The translations under genes and the position numbers were made by a program. Positions 19,738-28,850 of a DNA stretch of 64,000 nucleotides are shown here, piece by piece. Positions within the stretch are counted from its first letter, which is position 1. The number at the start of each line of letters is the position of its first letter. The notes beneath the pieces are model-generated. The model worked only from the letters and a program-made list of their open reading frames with translations, was not told the origin of the DNA and did not search any database. Origin of the DNA: Dehalococcoidia bacterium (GTDB taxonomy: Bacteria > Chloroflexota > Dehalococcoidia > Lucifugimonadales > UBA2985); assembly GCA_034423135.1 (NCBI GenBank), contig DAOUJC010000006.1, forward strand, positions 65,670-129,669, read 5' to 3'.

Positions 19738-21000
19738 GTGATGCCCATGCGAGTAGCCAGGCCAGCGCTCCGCTACGCCATGTTTGCGCTTGTTGCGTTG
19801 CTGCTGCTCACCAGCAGGGGCACGCTGAACCTGTCGCCCGTTGGCGAGCTGGCCGCGCCCCACAGCTACTCCCTGGTTCAATGGGAGCTTGCCACCTTTC
19901 CTGAGAAGTGGCTGTACAGGCTCGGACTGGTTCTTCCCGGCAATGCGCTGGACAGGCATGCCGAAGAGGAGCTAGTTCGGGAGTTTTTCGAGCTGGCCGA
20001 CCGGCGGCGCAGCCTTGAAGCGGCGATCAGGGATGCAAGCGCAGGCGCCGGGACGGGCAGTCTCGAGTCTCTGCGGGCTGAGCTGGCGATGGTGGAGGCT
20101 GACCAGGCTGCCATTCGCAACAGGGCGGAGGAGATCATGGAGGGGGAGATCGACTCAATTGTGTACCGGGATGGGCTGCACGTGGGTGGGCCGCTCAGCG
20201 CGATCGGCGTTCACTTCCCGCCGGTCGACTTCCGGATCCAGGCATCACCACCCGTGACCGTGGTCTCTCCGCGCGACCGGATCGAGAGGCTCGAGGACGT
20301 GCTGCTCAGGCCGGAGACGCCAATCGAGAAACGGGAGGCGTTGGAGCAGGCGATTCTCGATGAGCGCAATCTGTCCGCGCTGGTGCAGCCAACCGGAGGA
20401 GTAGCCACCGTCCCCGCAGTGATCTCGCCCAACTTCTCCATGCACGGCACGCTGGTGACCGCAGCCCACGAGTGGATGCACCACTACCTCTTCTTCCATC
20501 CGCTGGGCCAAGGCTATGGCAGGACCGACGAGCTCACGACTCTCAATGAGACTGTGGCCAACATCGTCGGCGATGAGGTTGGTAACCTCGCGTATGAGCG
20601 GTTCAGGCCGCCGCAGGAGGCCACGCCTCCCACACCTGAGAGTACGCCGCCTCTGCCCGCGGAGGAGCCGTTCGATTATCGAGCGGAGATGCGCGCCACC
20701 AGGATCAGGACGGAGGAGCTGCTTGCGGAAGGTCGGATCGACGAGGCGGAGCGCTACATGGAGGAGCGCAGGCAGTTCCTGGCCGACAACGGGTACCACA
20801 TCCGCAAGCTGAACCAGGCGTACTTCGCGTTCCACGGCTCATACGCCGACAGCGCAGCGTCGGTCAGCCCGATCGACGGGCAGCTCAAGGCGGTGCGTGA
20901 GGCAAGCGACTCGCTCGGCGATTTCGTGCGGACTGTGGCGGCCGTCTCAAGCTACGACGAGTTCCTGGACCTGCTGGAAGAGCTTGGCATCGAGAGCTGA
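19738..21000 (+). CDS. membrane-anchored hypothetical protein with an HExxH zinc-peptidase motif
   Basis: N-terminal TM helix (AMFALVALLLLTS). Single TAAHEWMHHYLFFHP motif. No family recognised. Confidence 0.55.
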   Translation: MMPMRVARPALRYAMFALVALLLLTSRGTLNLSPVGELAAPHSYSLVQWELATFPEKWLYRLGLVLPGNALDRHAEEELVREFFELADRRRSLEAAIRDASAGAGTGSLESLRAELAMVEADQAAIRNRAEEIMEGEIDSIVYRDGLHVGGPLSAIGVHFPPVDFRIQASPPVTVVSPRDRIERLEDVLLRPETPIEKREALEQAILDERNLSALVQPTGGVATVPAVISPNFSMHGTLVTAAHEWMHHYLFFHPLGQGYGRTDELTTLNETVANIVGDEVGNLAYERFRPPQEATPPTPESTPPLPAEEPFDYRAEMRATRIRTEELLAEGRIDEAERYMEERRQFLADNGYHIRKLNQAYFAFHGSYADSAASVSPIDGQLKAVREASDSLGDFVRTVAAVSSYDEFLDLLEELGIES

Positions 21001-21050
21001 CGCGGTCGGTCGCCGAGCCAGGCGGGCATCAGGCCACGTACAACGCGCCC

Positions 21051-21854
21051 CTAGCCGGAGCTGTCCCGCTTGTCGCTGGTCTCATCCGCGGCTGGTGCAG
21101 TGCTCTCCGGCTCTCGCGACACCGGCTGGAGGTCGCCGTACCGGCCCCTGGCAGAATTCCATCTCACCGACAGCAAGTCCCTCAGCATCAGGAAGCTGTC
21201 CCTGACCGGCTTCACCTTGCTGCCCTCCCGGAAGTACCAGTCGATGGGCACCTCCTGGATGCGCATGCCCATTCTGCGCGCCAGGAAGAGCACCTCAACG
21301 TCGAAGCCGAACCCCAGCGCGCGCTGGAGCGGAAAAAGGGCCTCCGCCGCACCGGCGGCAAAGCACTTGAAGCCGCATTGCGTGTCTGAGAGGCCGGGCA
21401 CGGCGAGCAGTCGCACCATGCCGTTGTAGGCGCGGCCCATCGCGTGCCGCGAAGCGGGCTCGCCGATGCGCCTAGCGCCGGGCGCCTCCCGCGAGCCGAT
21501 AGCCACCTCGAAGTCAGTCATCCGCGGCGGCAGGAACCGCTCCACCTGTTCTATGGGCATCGACAGGTCGGCGTCGGCCAGGAACCGGAACTCGCCGCCG
21601 GCCTCCAGCATACCGGCTCGCACCGCCGAGCCCTTGCCGCCGTGGGGCAGTCGCACGAGTCGAATCTCGCCGTGCTCGCGGGCGGCGGCTTCGACCAAGG
21701 CCGCTGTGCCGTCCACACTGCCGTCGTCCGCGACAACCACCTCCCACGAGTAGTCCTGCGAGCCCGCGTAGGCGGCGACGGTGTCCAGGGTCTGGGCGAT
21801 CCGCGCCTCCTCGTTGTACGCAGGAATCACGATGGAGAGGAAGGGCTGCGCCAA
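21051..21854 (-). CDS. family 2 glycosyltransferase (dolichyl/polyprenyl-phosphate hexosyltransferase-like)
   Basis: LSIVIPAYNEEARI...VVVADDGSVDGT...FLADADL motifs. Confidence 0.8.
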   Translation of the reverse strand: MAQPFLSIVIPAYNEEARIAQTLDTVAAYAGSQDYSWEVVVADDGSVDGTAALVEAAAREHGEIRLVRLPHGGKGSAVRAGMLEAGGEFRFLADADLSMPIEQVERFLPPRMTDFEVAIGSREAPGARRIGEPASRHAMGRAYNGMVRLLAVPGLSDTQCGFKCFAAGAAEALFPLQRALGFGFDVEVLFLARRMGMRIQEVPIDWYFREGSKVKPVRDSFLMLRDLLSVRWNSARGRYGDLQPVSREPESTAPAADETSDKRDSSG

Positions 21855-21870
21855 GGAACCAACTCCCTGC

Positions 21871-22356
21871 TCAGTCCACCTGGTCCAGGCGGAAGGCCGC
21901 GTGCAGGGCGCGGACTGCGTCCTCCACCCTGTCTTCGGCCACGATGCAGGTGATGCGAATCTCCGAGGTGGTGATCATCTCGATGTTCACGTCAGCCTCG
22001 AACAGGGCGCGGAACATGCGCGCCGCGTATCCGGGGTTGTGCTGCATGCCCGTGCCCACGATGCTGACGTTGCCCAGGTTGGCGTCGCTGACGCAGCCGC
22101 GGGCGCCCATGCCCTCGGCCACGGGCTGCACGATCTCCATTGAGGCCGCCAGGTCGGCGCGTGCGACTGTGAAGGTGAGGTCGGTGATGCGCTCCACGCT
22201 GGCGTTCTGGACGATGGTGTCCACGCTGATTCCCTTCTCCGCAAGTGGCTCAAACAGGGAGGCCGAGATGCCTGGACGATCCGGCACCCCCAGCACGGTG
22301 ATCTTGGCCACGTTCTTGTTGTGGGCTATGCCGCTTACCCGGTTACGCGTCTCCAT
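21871..22356 (-). CDS. lysC: aspartokinase regulatory (ACT-ACT) polypeptide, equivalent to the beta subunit
   Basis: METRNRVSGIAHNKNVAKITVLGVPDRPGISASLFEPLAEKGISVDTIVQN...NIEMITTSEIRITCIV. In frame with the upstream catalytic ORF, separated from it by TGA plus three codons. Confidence 0.8.
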   Translation of the reverse strand: METRNRVSGIAHNKNVAKITVLGVPDRPGISASLFEPLAEKGISVDTIVQNASVERITDLTFTVARADLAASMEIVQPVAEGMGARGCVSDANLGNVSIVGTGMQHNPGYAARMFRALFEADVNIEMITTSEIRITCIVAEDRVEDAVRALHAAFRLDQVD

Positions 22357-22365
22357 AAGTTCCTC

Positions 22366-23091
22366 TCAGTGTATGAGTGTACCCGGCACGTCCTTGAAGC
22401 TGGACGTCACCAGGATGGGAATGTTGTACATGGCGCCAAGCTCTATCGAGCGGGGGTGCATCTTGGCGCCGTAGCTCGCCAGCTCTAGCATCTCCTCATA
22501 GGTGAGGCTCTCCAGGACTCTAGCGTCCGGCACCACCCTTGGGTCGGCGGTGAAGATGCCGTCCACGTCGGTGTAGATCTCGCAGACGCGCGCCTCAAGG
22601 GCTGCTGCCAGCGCCACGGCCGTGGTATCCGATGCTCCGCGGCCCAGGGTCGTGATCTCGCTGTCCTCAGTAGCGCCCTGGAAGCCGGCCACCACCACAA
22701 TCCGATCCTCGCGCAGCTCTGCGAGAATGCGGCTCGGATCGATGCCCACGATGCGGGCCCGAGTGTAGTCGGTGTCGGTTTGAATGCCCGCCTGGCCGCC
22801 GCTCAGCCCGATGGCAGAGTAGCCCAAGGCGCGCAGGGCCATCGTCACCAGCGTGCAGGACACGATCTCGCCGGTGGAGAGGAGCAGAGCAAGCTCCCGC
22901 GGGTCCGGGCTGTCGGTTACCGTGTGGGCCTGCTTGATGAGGTCGTCCGTCGTATCGCCCATCGCCGAGACCACGGCCACCACTTGGTTGCCGTCCTCCC
23001 TCGAGCGAGCGATGCGTCTGGCCGCCGACTTGATGCGGTCGGCATTCGCAAGCGAGCTTCCGCCGTACTTCTGGACAATGAGGCTGTTCAT
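22366..23091 (-). CDS. lysC: aspartokinase catalytic (amino-acid kinase) domain, terminated by an in-frame TGA
   Basis: MNSLIVQKYGGSSLANADRIKSAARRI...VVAVVSAMGDTTDDL...PILVTSSFKDVPGTLIH*. Confidence 0.85.
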   Translation of the reverse strand: MNSLIVQKYGGSSLANADRIKSAARRIARSREDGNQVVAVVSAMGDTTDDLIKQAHTVTDSPDPRELALLLSTGEIVSCTLVTMALRALGYSAIGLSGGQAGIQTDTDYTRARIVGIDPSRILAELREDRIVVVAGFQGATEDSEITTLGRGASDTTAVALAAALEARVCEIYTDVDGIFTADPRVVPDARVLESLTYEEMLELASYGAKMHPRSIELGAMYNIPILVTSSFKDVPGTLIH

Positions 23092-23110
23092 GGTTCGCTC
23101 CGTATCTCCG

Positions 23111-24058
23111 TCAGTTGCAGTTCACCACGTGCGCCCCCAGTGCCGAGGGCGTCGTGATCCTGATGCTTGCCTGGTACCCCAGTTTGTCGGCCGCGTCCGC
23201 CATCTCGAATCCGATGGTCATAAACCGGGATGCGGCTAGCGCCAGCACGCTCGATCCGCCGCCGGAAAGGAAGGCGCACAGCGCGCCGGCGCTCTCGGCG
23301 GCGCGTATGACGTACTTCATGGCCGGGAATATCTGGGCCCGAGCGGGCTGGTGCAGCCTGTCCTGCGTGGCCACGCGCAGGTTCTCACCGCGACCCTGCG
23401 CGAGTGCGTTCACCAGCAGCGCCACCCTGCCGATGTTGAACACAGCGTCCTCACGCGTAACCTCCGAGGGGAGCACGGCCCTCGCTTGCCGGGTGGGCAT
23501 TGGCACTTCCGGCACGAGGACTATGGCTCTGAGGTCTGGAGGTGTGGGCACTGCGTCCGCGACTATCGAGTCGCCGTTGCGCACCACGATGCGGCAGCCG
23601 CCGAGCAGGGCGGGAGCGACGTTGTCGGCGTGGCCCTCCATCCGCGCGGCCAACTGCAGAAGGCACGGCTCGTCGAGCGGACGCTCACAGAGTGCGTTCG
23701 CCGCGACCAGCCCGCCGACCAGCGCGGCGGCGCTGCTCCCCAAGCCGCGGGCCAGCGGTATGCGGTTCTCGCAGGTGACGGAAAGGTGCGGAGGCTCCTG
23801 TCCCGCCTCGCGGAAGAGGGCCTGCGCAGCGCGGTAGACCAGGTTGCCCTCCGAGGTGCTCAGAGTGTCTGCGCCCTCGCCGATGGCGCGCACGTGAGGC
23901 GTTGAGGAAAGCTCCACGTGCACGTCGTTCCACCAGTCAAGCGCCATGCCCAGGCAGTCGAAGCCGGGGCCCAGGTTGGCCGTGGTGGCGGGAACTCGCA
24001 CGCTGACGCTTCGTGAACGCATAGCACGAGTATACAGGGCGAAACGGCGCGGATTCAA
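23111..24058 (-). CDS. thrB: homoserine kinase
   Basis: VRVPATTANLGPGFDCLGMAL and GLGSSAA (GHMP kinase motifs). The start is TTG 24058 or ATG 24022. Confidence 0.85.
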   Translation of the reverse strand: MNPRRFALYTRAMRSRSVSVRVPATTANLGPGFDCLGMALDWWNDVHVELSSTPHVRAIGEGADTLSTSEGNLVYRAAQALFREAGQEPPHLSVTCENRIPLARGLGSSAAALVGGLVAANALCERPLDEPCLLQLAARMEGHADNVAPALLGGCRIVVRNGDSIVADAVPTPPDLRAIVLVPEVPMPTRQARAVLPSEVTREDAVFNIGRVALLVNALAQGRGENLRVATQDRLHQPARAQIFPAMKYVIRAAESAGALCAFLSGGGSSVLALAASRFMTIGFEMADAADKLGYQASIRITTPSALGAHVVNCN

Positions 24059-24195
24059 GGAAGCACGAGCGGGGAGCGCACAGCTTACGAATCTTACATT
24101 TTGCAGCGGGTACTACCACAACCCGGCTCACTGCGTTACAATGAACGGCGGAAGCGAACCAGGGGCACACATCCGGTGTCCCCAAGGAGGTGGAG

Positions 24196-24693
24196 ATGAC
24201 GACCTTCAGCAATACGGGTTCAGGTGCAGTATACGCGCCGCGAGGAGCGCAGAAGGCCCTTGAACAGGAGGTCATCGACCGCTTCCTTGCGAGGGCTTCG
24301 GCGCTGGGCATGACGCCCAAGCCGCTGAACATCAAGCTGCTCGGCGGGGGCCTGATGGGCCTCTGGGAGACGGCCGGCACCTATCGAGTGTCGTGGCGAG
24401 AGGCGGTGAGTGTGGGCATCCCGGGTGTCGCAAGCATCTCGATGCGCCTGCCCCGCAGCGGCGTGTTCACGAAGTACAACGCGGACAAGGTGCTGATGAG
24501 CGTGGAGGCGGAGGCCTACCGGCTGCCCTTGTCCACCCTCAACGAGATCGAGGAGACGGCGGTGCTGGCCGAGGAGGTCGACCCCATCCTGGCGGTGAGA
24601 GTGGCCGGTCGCTGGTTCGAGGTGTACCGCTGGCTCAAGCGTCCCTACGTGCTCTCGGACGACGAGGCGCGTCACATGGCTGCGATCAGGTAG
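24196..24693 (+). CDS. hypothetical protein
   Basis: AAGGAGG lies 5-6 nt upstream of ATG 24196, third positions are GC-rich, and a terminator hairpin follows. No family recognised. Confidence 0.55.
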   Translation: MTTFSNTGSGAVYAPRGAQKALEQEVIDRFLARASALGMTPKPLNIKLLGGGLMGLWETAGTYRVSWREAVSVGIPGVASISMRLPRSGVFTKYNADKVLMSVEAEAYRLPLSTLNEIEETAVLAEEVDPILAVRVAGRWFEVYRWLKRPYVLSDDEARHMAAIR

Positions 24694-24720
24694 CGGTACA
24701 TAGCACAGTGCGAATTGCGA

Positions 24721-24746
24721 AGAGGGCCGGCGCCAGCCGGCCCTCT
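24721..24746 (+). terminator. intrinsic-terminator-like hairpin
   Basis: AGAGGGCCGGC-GCCA-GCCGGCCCTCT forms an 11-bp stem and is followed by CTTGTTGTG. Confidence 0.55.
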
Positions 24747-24908
24747 CTTGTTGTGGGTGAGGTGGTGGCCCTTCCTCGCAATTGCAAGTGCAGTTAGGTT
24801 TCAACCGTCTGCCATCTTTCACCGACTGCTCTGACGCTCTGTTTGAAAGGAACTTCTCATTTCCTCTGCAAGCTTCTTACCCTTTTCGGCGTCGACTCTA
24901 GCTTACAT

Positions 24909-25208
24909 TTAATAAGACGGTGCCTCCTCGGCGTTCGTCCATCCCAGAACATATATCGGTCTCTGAGCAGGCCCGTGGTCACTGTCAATGCTATCTGAAT
25001 AGATGTGCAATAATATCCATCCTTCAGCGAGATACTCATTGACACCCATCTCTTGTCCGCTTCTGTAGTGGATGACGTCGCCACCAATCTCCATCACTCG
25101 TTGAACATTATGGATGCTCTTACCGGCCATATATCCTTTCCCTCCATATCGTGCAGCAACTTTCGTGGTCGTTGCTTTTCGCTTGCTGCCTATTAGAATC
25201 CTAGCCAC
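24909..25208 (-). CDS. small hypothetical protein (third gene of the MTase-HNH islet)
   Basis: GTG 25208 overlaps the upstream stop by 16 nt. An alternative ATG at 25130 is preceded by GGAGGGAAAGGA. The C-terminal part (...VNEYLAEGWILLHIYSD...PIYVLGW) faintly resembles DUF4177-type small proteins. Low GC. Confidence 0.45.
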   Translation of the reverse strand: MARILIGSKRKATTTKVAARYGGKGYMAGKSIHNVQRVMEIGGDVIHYRSGQEMGVNEYLAEGWILLHIYSDSIDSDHGPAQRPIYVLGWTNAEEAPSY

Positions 25209-25459
25209 TGCTGTAGCCGTGCTTTTCCCATCGGAGTTAGTTCAACGAGATGTAACTTCGGTACACTATCAAAGTCCACCGTTTCATGTTCGGAAATGTA
25301 GCGCGGTGCAGTCATAGTTATGCCCTGCGGCAATACGCGTTCAGCCAAGCCTTCGCTTACGCAGTACTCTATCTCCGCGTTCGTTGCATCCGATTGGTCT
25401 ACGGCCCCGGCTCGAATTCTAAGCAAGATTTCCAGCAATCTCTTGTCAGGCACATTCAT
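25193..25459 (-). CDS. small hypothetical protein (second gene of the MTase-HNH islet), possibly winged-helix-like
   Basis: Starts 4 nt after the MTase-HNH stop. MNVPDKRLLEILLRIRAG...LVELTPMGKARLQQWL looks wHTH-like by eye only. Confidence 0.5.
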   Translation of the reverse strand: MNVPDKRLLEILLRIRAGAVDQSDATNAEIEYCVSEGLAERVLPQGITMTAPRYISEHETVDFDSVPKLHLVELTPMGKARLQQWLGF

Positions 25460-25463
25460 TGCG

Positions 25464-26837
25464 CTACCGCCTTCTCCGGCGGGAGGCCCGCGCCCGGCCG
25501 TGCTGAATGTTCGCTTCGTTCTCCTGAGACAGGTACCTGAATCTCCGGTTGTGGTCCTGCAAGCCCGTCAAGGTCATCCTGTCACGCTTTTCCCTGTTGC
25601 ACGGGGGGCAAAGTAGAGTGAGGTTGTCGTAGGCGTCGCTCCCGCCGTCGGACTTTGGCCTGATGTGGTCAACCTCCAGCACTCTGACGTCAAAGCCGTA
25701 GTAACGCCCGCAACCCTGGCAATACGGTCCAATGTGCCCCAGCAGCTTCTCGTGCTGGGAGCGAGGTGGAGGGTAGCGTTTCGCGCGCGCCGTGGGCGTT
25801 TGCAGATACAATACGGCTTCCTCCCCGCCGTCCGTCCGCACTGGTGGTGTTGTGGAGTAGTGGACGGAGCCGAAGGTAATGAGATGGGTACTGTACCTAT
25901 CGTCGTCTTCGTACGGAACAGCCAGCCCCTCGCTCTCAAGTCGGTCTAGCACCATCTGGTATGCCTTATCCCATATATCCATGCCTACCCATTGCCTGCC
26001 TAGCCTTTCGGCGGCGACCGGGGTGGTTGCACATCCGCAAAAAGGGTCAAGGACCATGTCGCCCGGGTTGCTACTGGCCCGTATAATTCGCTCGTACAAG
26101 GCTAATGGCTTCTGAGTAGGGTACCCTGTCTTCTCTGTAGAGAAGCTCTTGATCATTATGGAGTCCAATACGTCTGCCGATGAGCAGTTCCAAGTATCCT
26201 CCATAGGTATGCCCTTGCCCGTCGGCCGCTTGCCGTCGCGTCTGACATAATCAGCTGTGTAGGGAATGTATTCTTTGTTGAATTGCTTTATGCCACTGGC
26301 CGTCTTAACATAGTAGAGAAGTGTCTCATGGTTCCTAATCCATCCGCGCTTCTGACTCTTGAAGCCGCTAATCCAGCCGATGCGCCATACGATTTCGTTC
26401 CTGAAGTTGGCCTTGCCAAACACGGCGTCCATCAACGCCTTAACCCAGGCGTGAGCCGTGTGGTCAATGTGGAGGTAGATGGAGCCGGTGGGTTTGAGTA
26501 CGCGGCGCATCTCTAGTAGGCGTACCCCCAGCCAGCAGATGAAGGCTCCCATATCATAGCCGTAGACATTCTTGGCGGCGTTGATTACGTGCCAAACCTC
26601 TGGGCTGTCCCGCTGAATCTTGATGAGCCAGTCGTCGTGAATGTCGTCTCGCCAACTCCATCGGTCCTGGAAGCTGGAGCCGGCAGCAAGAGAGTCAGGC
26701 GTGGCGTGGAAGTCCCTGCTCTTGTTGAATGGCGGGTCGGTGGCGATAAGATCAACGGTCTCGCTGTTCATCCCGCGCAAGAAGTCCAAGTTATCGCCGT
26801 GATAGAGGGAGCGGTTAGGAAAATTGGGTTCAGACAT
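25464..26837 (-). CDS. beta-class (N4/N6) DNA methyltransferase fused to a C-terminal HNH nuclease domain
   Basis: Motif IV DLIATDPPF near the N-terminus, motif I VLDPFCGCATTPVAAERLGR later. C-terminal CQGCG...EVDHIRPKSDGGSDAYDNLTLLCPPCN (HNH with two CxxC pairs) and an Arg-rich tail. Hand-sampled lines inside the gene are about 42% GC. Confidence 0.85.
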   Translation of the reverse strand: MSEPNFPNRSLYHGDNLDFLRGMNSETVDLIATDPPFNKSRDFHATPDSLAAGSSFQDRWSWRDDIHDDWLIKIQRDSPEVWHVINAAKNVYGYDMGAFICWLGVRLLEMRRVLKPTGSIYLHIDHTAHAWVKALMDAVFGKANFRNEIVWRIGWISGFKSQKRGWIRNHETLLYYVKTASGIKQFNKEYIPYTADYVRRDGKRPTGKGIPMEDTWNCSSADVLDSIMIKSFSTEKTGYPTQKPLALYERIIRASSNPGDMVLDPFCGCATTPVAAERLGRQWVGMDIWDKAYQMVLDRLESEGLAVPYEDDDRYSTHLITFGSVHYSTTPPVRTDGGEEAVLYLQTPTARAKRYPPPRSQHEKLLGHIGPYCQGCGRYYGFDVRVLEVDHIRPKSDGGSDAYDNLTLLCPPCNREKRDRMTLTGLQDHNRRFRYLSQENEANIQHGRARASRRRRR

Positions 26838-26945
26838 GATGTTGATTGAATGCGTAGATTAGTGCGCCATGATCAAAGGCTACATATGTTCTAACACGTT
26901 GGCGTAGCAATGTCAACGCCGGTATAAGCAAATTACCTTTTGGAC

Positions 26946-28142
26946 TCACTCCCCCAACCCCATCACCGTGTCCACGTCCTTGTCCCCGCGGCCGCTCAGG
27001 CACATCACCACCACCGCGTCCGCGGGCAGCGTCGGCGCCAGGCGACTCACGTAGTACACCGCGTGCGCAGGCTCCAGCGCCGGTATGATGCCCTCCGCCG
27101 TCGAGAGCAGGTGGAATCCCTCCAGCGCCTGCGAGTCGGTCACGGCGACGTACTCCGCCCGGCCCGTGTCCTTCAGATAGCTGTGCTCCGGCCCGACGCC
27201 CGGGTAGTCCAGACCCGCCGATATGCTGTGGGTCTCCCGCACCTGCCCGTGCTTGTCCTGCAGCAGGTACGACATGGCGCCGTGCAGCACGCCCGGCCTG
27301 CCCGCCACGAGCGTAGCAGCGTGCTTCGCCGACTCGGTGCCCTCGCCGCCGGCCTCCACGCCCACGAGCCTCACCGACTCGTCACCGAGCATCGGGTGGA
27401 ACAGGCCTATCGAGTTGCTGCCTCCGCCCACGCAGGCCACGGCGTAGTCCGGCAGTCGGCCCTCTGCCTCGATAGCCTGACTACGCGCCTCTTCGCCGAT
27501 GACCGACTGAAAGTCGCGTACCATCATGGGGTACGGATGCGGGCCCACGGCGCTTCCGAGCAGGTAGTAGGTGGTGCGCACGTTGGTCACCCAGTCCCGA
27601 ATGGCCTCGTTGATGGCGTCCTTAAGCGTGCGGCTGCCCGACGTCACGCCTCGCACCTCTGCGCCGAGAAGGCGCATCCGGTACACGTTTATGGCCTGCC
27701 GGCGCATGTCCTCCTCGCCCATGTACACTAGGCACTCCAGCCCCAGCATGGCGCATGCCGTGGCGGTTGCGACGCCGTGCTGTCCAGCGCCCGTCTCGGC
27801 TATGATGCGCTGTTTGCCCATGCGCACGGCGAGCAGCGCCTGTCCGAGCGCGCTGTTGATCTTGTGCGCGCCGGTGTGCGCCAGGTCCTCACGCTTCAGG
27901 TAGATGCGAGCGCCGCCCAGCCTGCGCGACAGGTTCTCGGCGAAGTACAGCGGCGTGGGCCGCCCCACGTACGATCTCAGGTAGTAGGACAGCTGCGCCC
28001 GATACACCGTGTCCTCAAGGGCGTCGCGGTACGCCGTCACCAGCTCCTCGAGCGCGGTCATCAGCGTCTCCGGCACATACCGCCCGCCGTGGTTGCCGTA
28101 GCGGCCCCAGGGGTCCGGCAGATTCAGGATGCTCTCGTTCAT
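26946..28142 (-). CDS. trpB: tryptophan synthase beta chain
   Basis: Internal ATG 28142 gives [28 protein letters not shown]...[20 protein letters not shown]. It forms an ATGA overlap with the trpF stop. Confidence 0.9.
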   Translation of the reverse strand: MNESILNLPDPWGRYGNHGGRYVPETLMTALEELVTAYRDALEDTVYRAQLSYYLRSYVGRPTPLYFAENLSRRLGGARIYLKREDLAHTGAHKINSALGQALLAVRMGKQRIIAETGAGQHGVATATACAMLGLECLVYMGEEDMRRQAINVYRMRLLGAEVRGVTSGSRTLKDAINEAIRDWVTNVRTTYYLLGSAVGPHPYPMMVRDFQSVIGEEARSQAIEAEGRLPDYAVACVGGGSNSIGLFHPMLGDESVRLVGVEAGGEGTESAKHAATLVAGRPGVLHGAMSYLLQDKHGQVRETHSISAGLDYPGVGPEHSYLKDTGRAEYVAVTDSQALEGFHLLSTAEGIIPALEPAHAVYYVSRLAPTLPADAVVVMCLSGRGDKDVDTVMGLGE

Positions 28143-28828
28143 CCGGAGGCCTCGCCGCCGGGCGACAGCTCCCTGTCGGTGTGCTGCACCTGCTCGATGA
28201 ACCGCGCGATCTTCGCCGCATCCTTCCGGCCGTCCGTCTCCACGCCGCTGGACACGTCCAGGCCCCAAGGCCTCACGCGCTGCATCGCTTCCGCGACGTT
28301 CTCCGGGCTCAGGCCGCCGGCCAGCACGAACGGGTGGCTGAGCGCCAGCTCCCTGCCGACGTCCCAGTTGAACGCCTGTCCGGTGCCGCCCAGGACGCCC
28401 TCCTTGTAGGTGTCCAGCTGGACCGTGAATCCGCCATTGCGATAGGCGTTCACTGTATCCTGAATGTCTTTCAGCACGTCCGCCTGCGGGGCGTCGCTGC
28501 GCACGTGAACCACCTTGACGACGGGGCGGCAAACCTCCGCGCAGTAGTCCATCGACTCATGGCCGGACAGCTGGGCCACGTCCATGTCGCAGTGGACCAG
28601 CAGCCGGTTGACCTCCTCAAGAGGCTGGTTGGCGAACACGCCCACCCACTGCGGCGCGCTGCCCTGCCATCGCTCGCGGAACGCACGCACGAGGTCGCGT
28701 GCGTCGTCCTCGTCAAGGCGCCGCCGGCTGCGCGGCTCGAAGAGTATGCCCAGGTAGTCGGCGCCCGCCTCCGCCGCGGCCAGGGCGTCGTCCAGCTTGC
28801 TGAGGCCGCAAATCTTGACTCTGGTCAT
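28139..28828 (-). CDS. trpF: phosphoribosylanthranilate isomerase
   Basis: [30 protein letters not shown]...[11 protein letters not shown]. Confidence 0.85.
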   Translation of the reverse strand: MTRVKICGLSKLDDALAAAEAGADYLGILFEPRSRRRLDEDDARDLVRAFRERWQGSAPQWVGVFANQPLEEVNRLLVHCDMDVAQLSGHESMDYCAEVCRPVVKVVHVRSDAPQADVLKDIQDTVNAYRNGGFTVQLDTYKEGVLGGTGQAFNWDVGRELALSHPFVLAGGLSPENVAEAMQRVRPWGLDVSSGVETDGRKDAAKIARFIEQVQHTDRELSPGGEASG

Positions 28829-28850
28829 GCCTGATCCTCGCTTTCGCCGG

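Noticed and set aside
24220-24822. 200-aa minus-strand ORF opposite the hypothetical gene at 24196..24693.
   Set aside because: The plus-strand ORF has an AAGGAGG RBS and a downstream terminator hairpin. The minus-strand translation is Arg/His/Gln-rich low complexity and runs through that hairpin.
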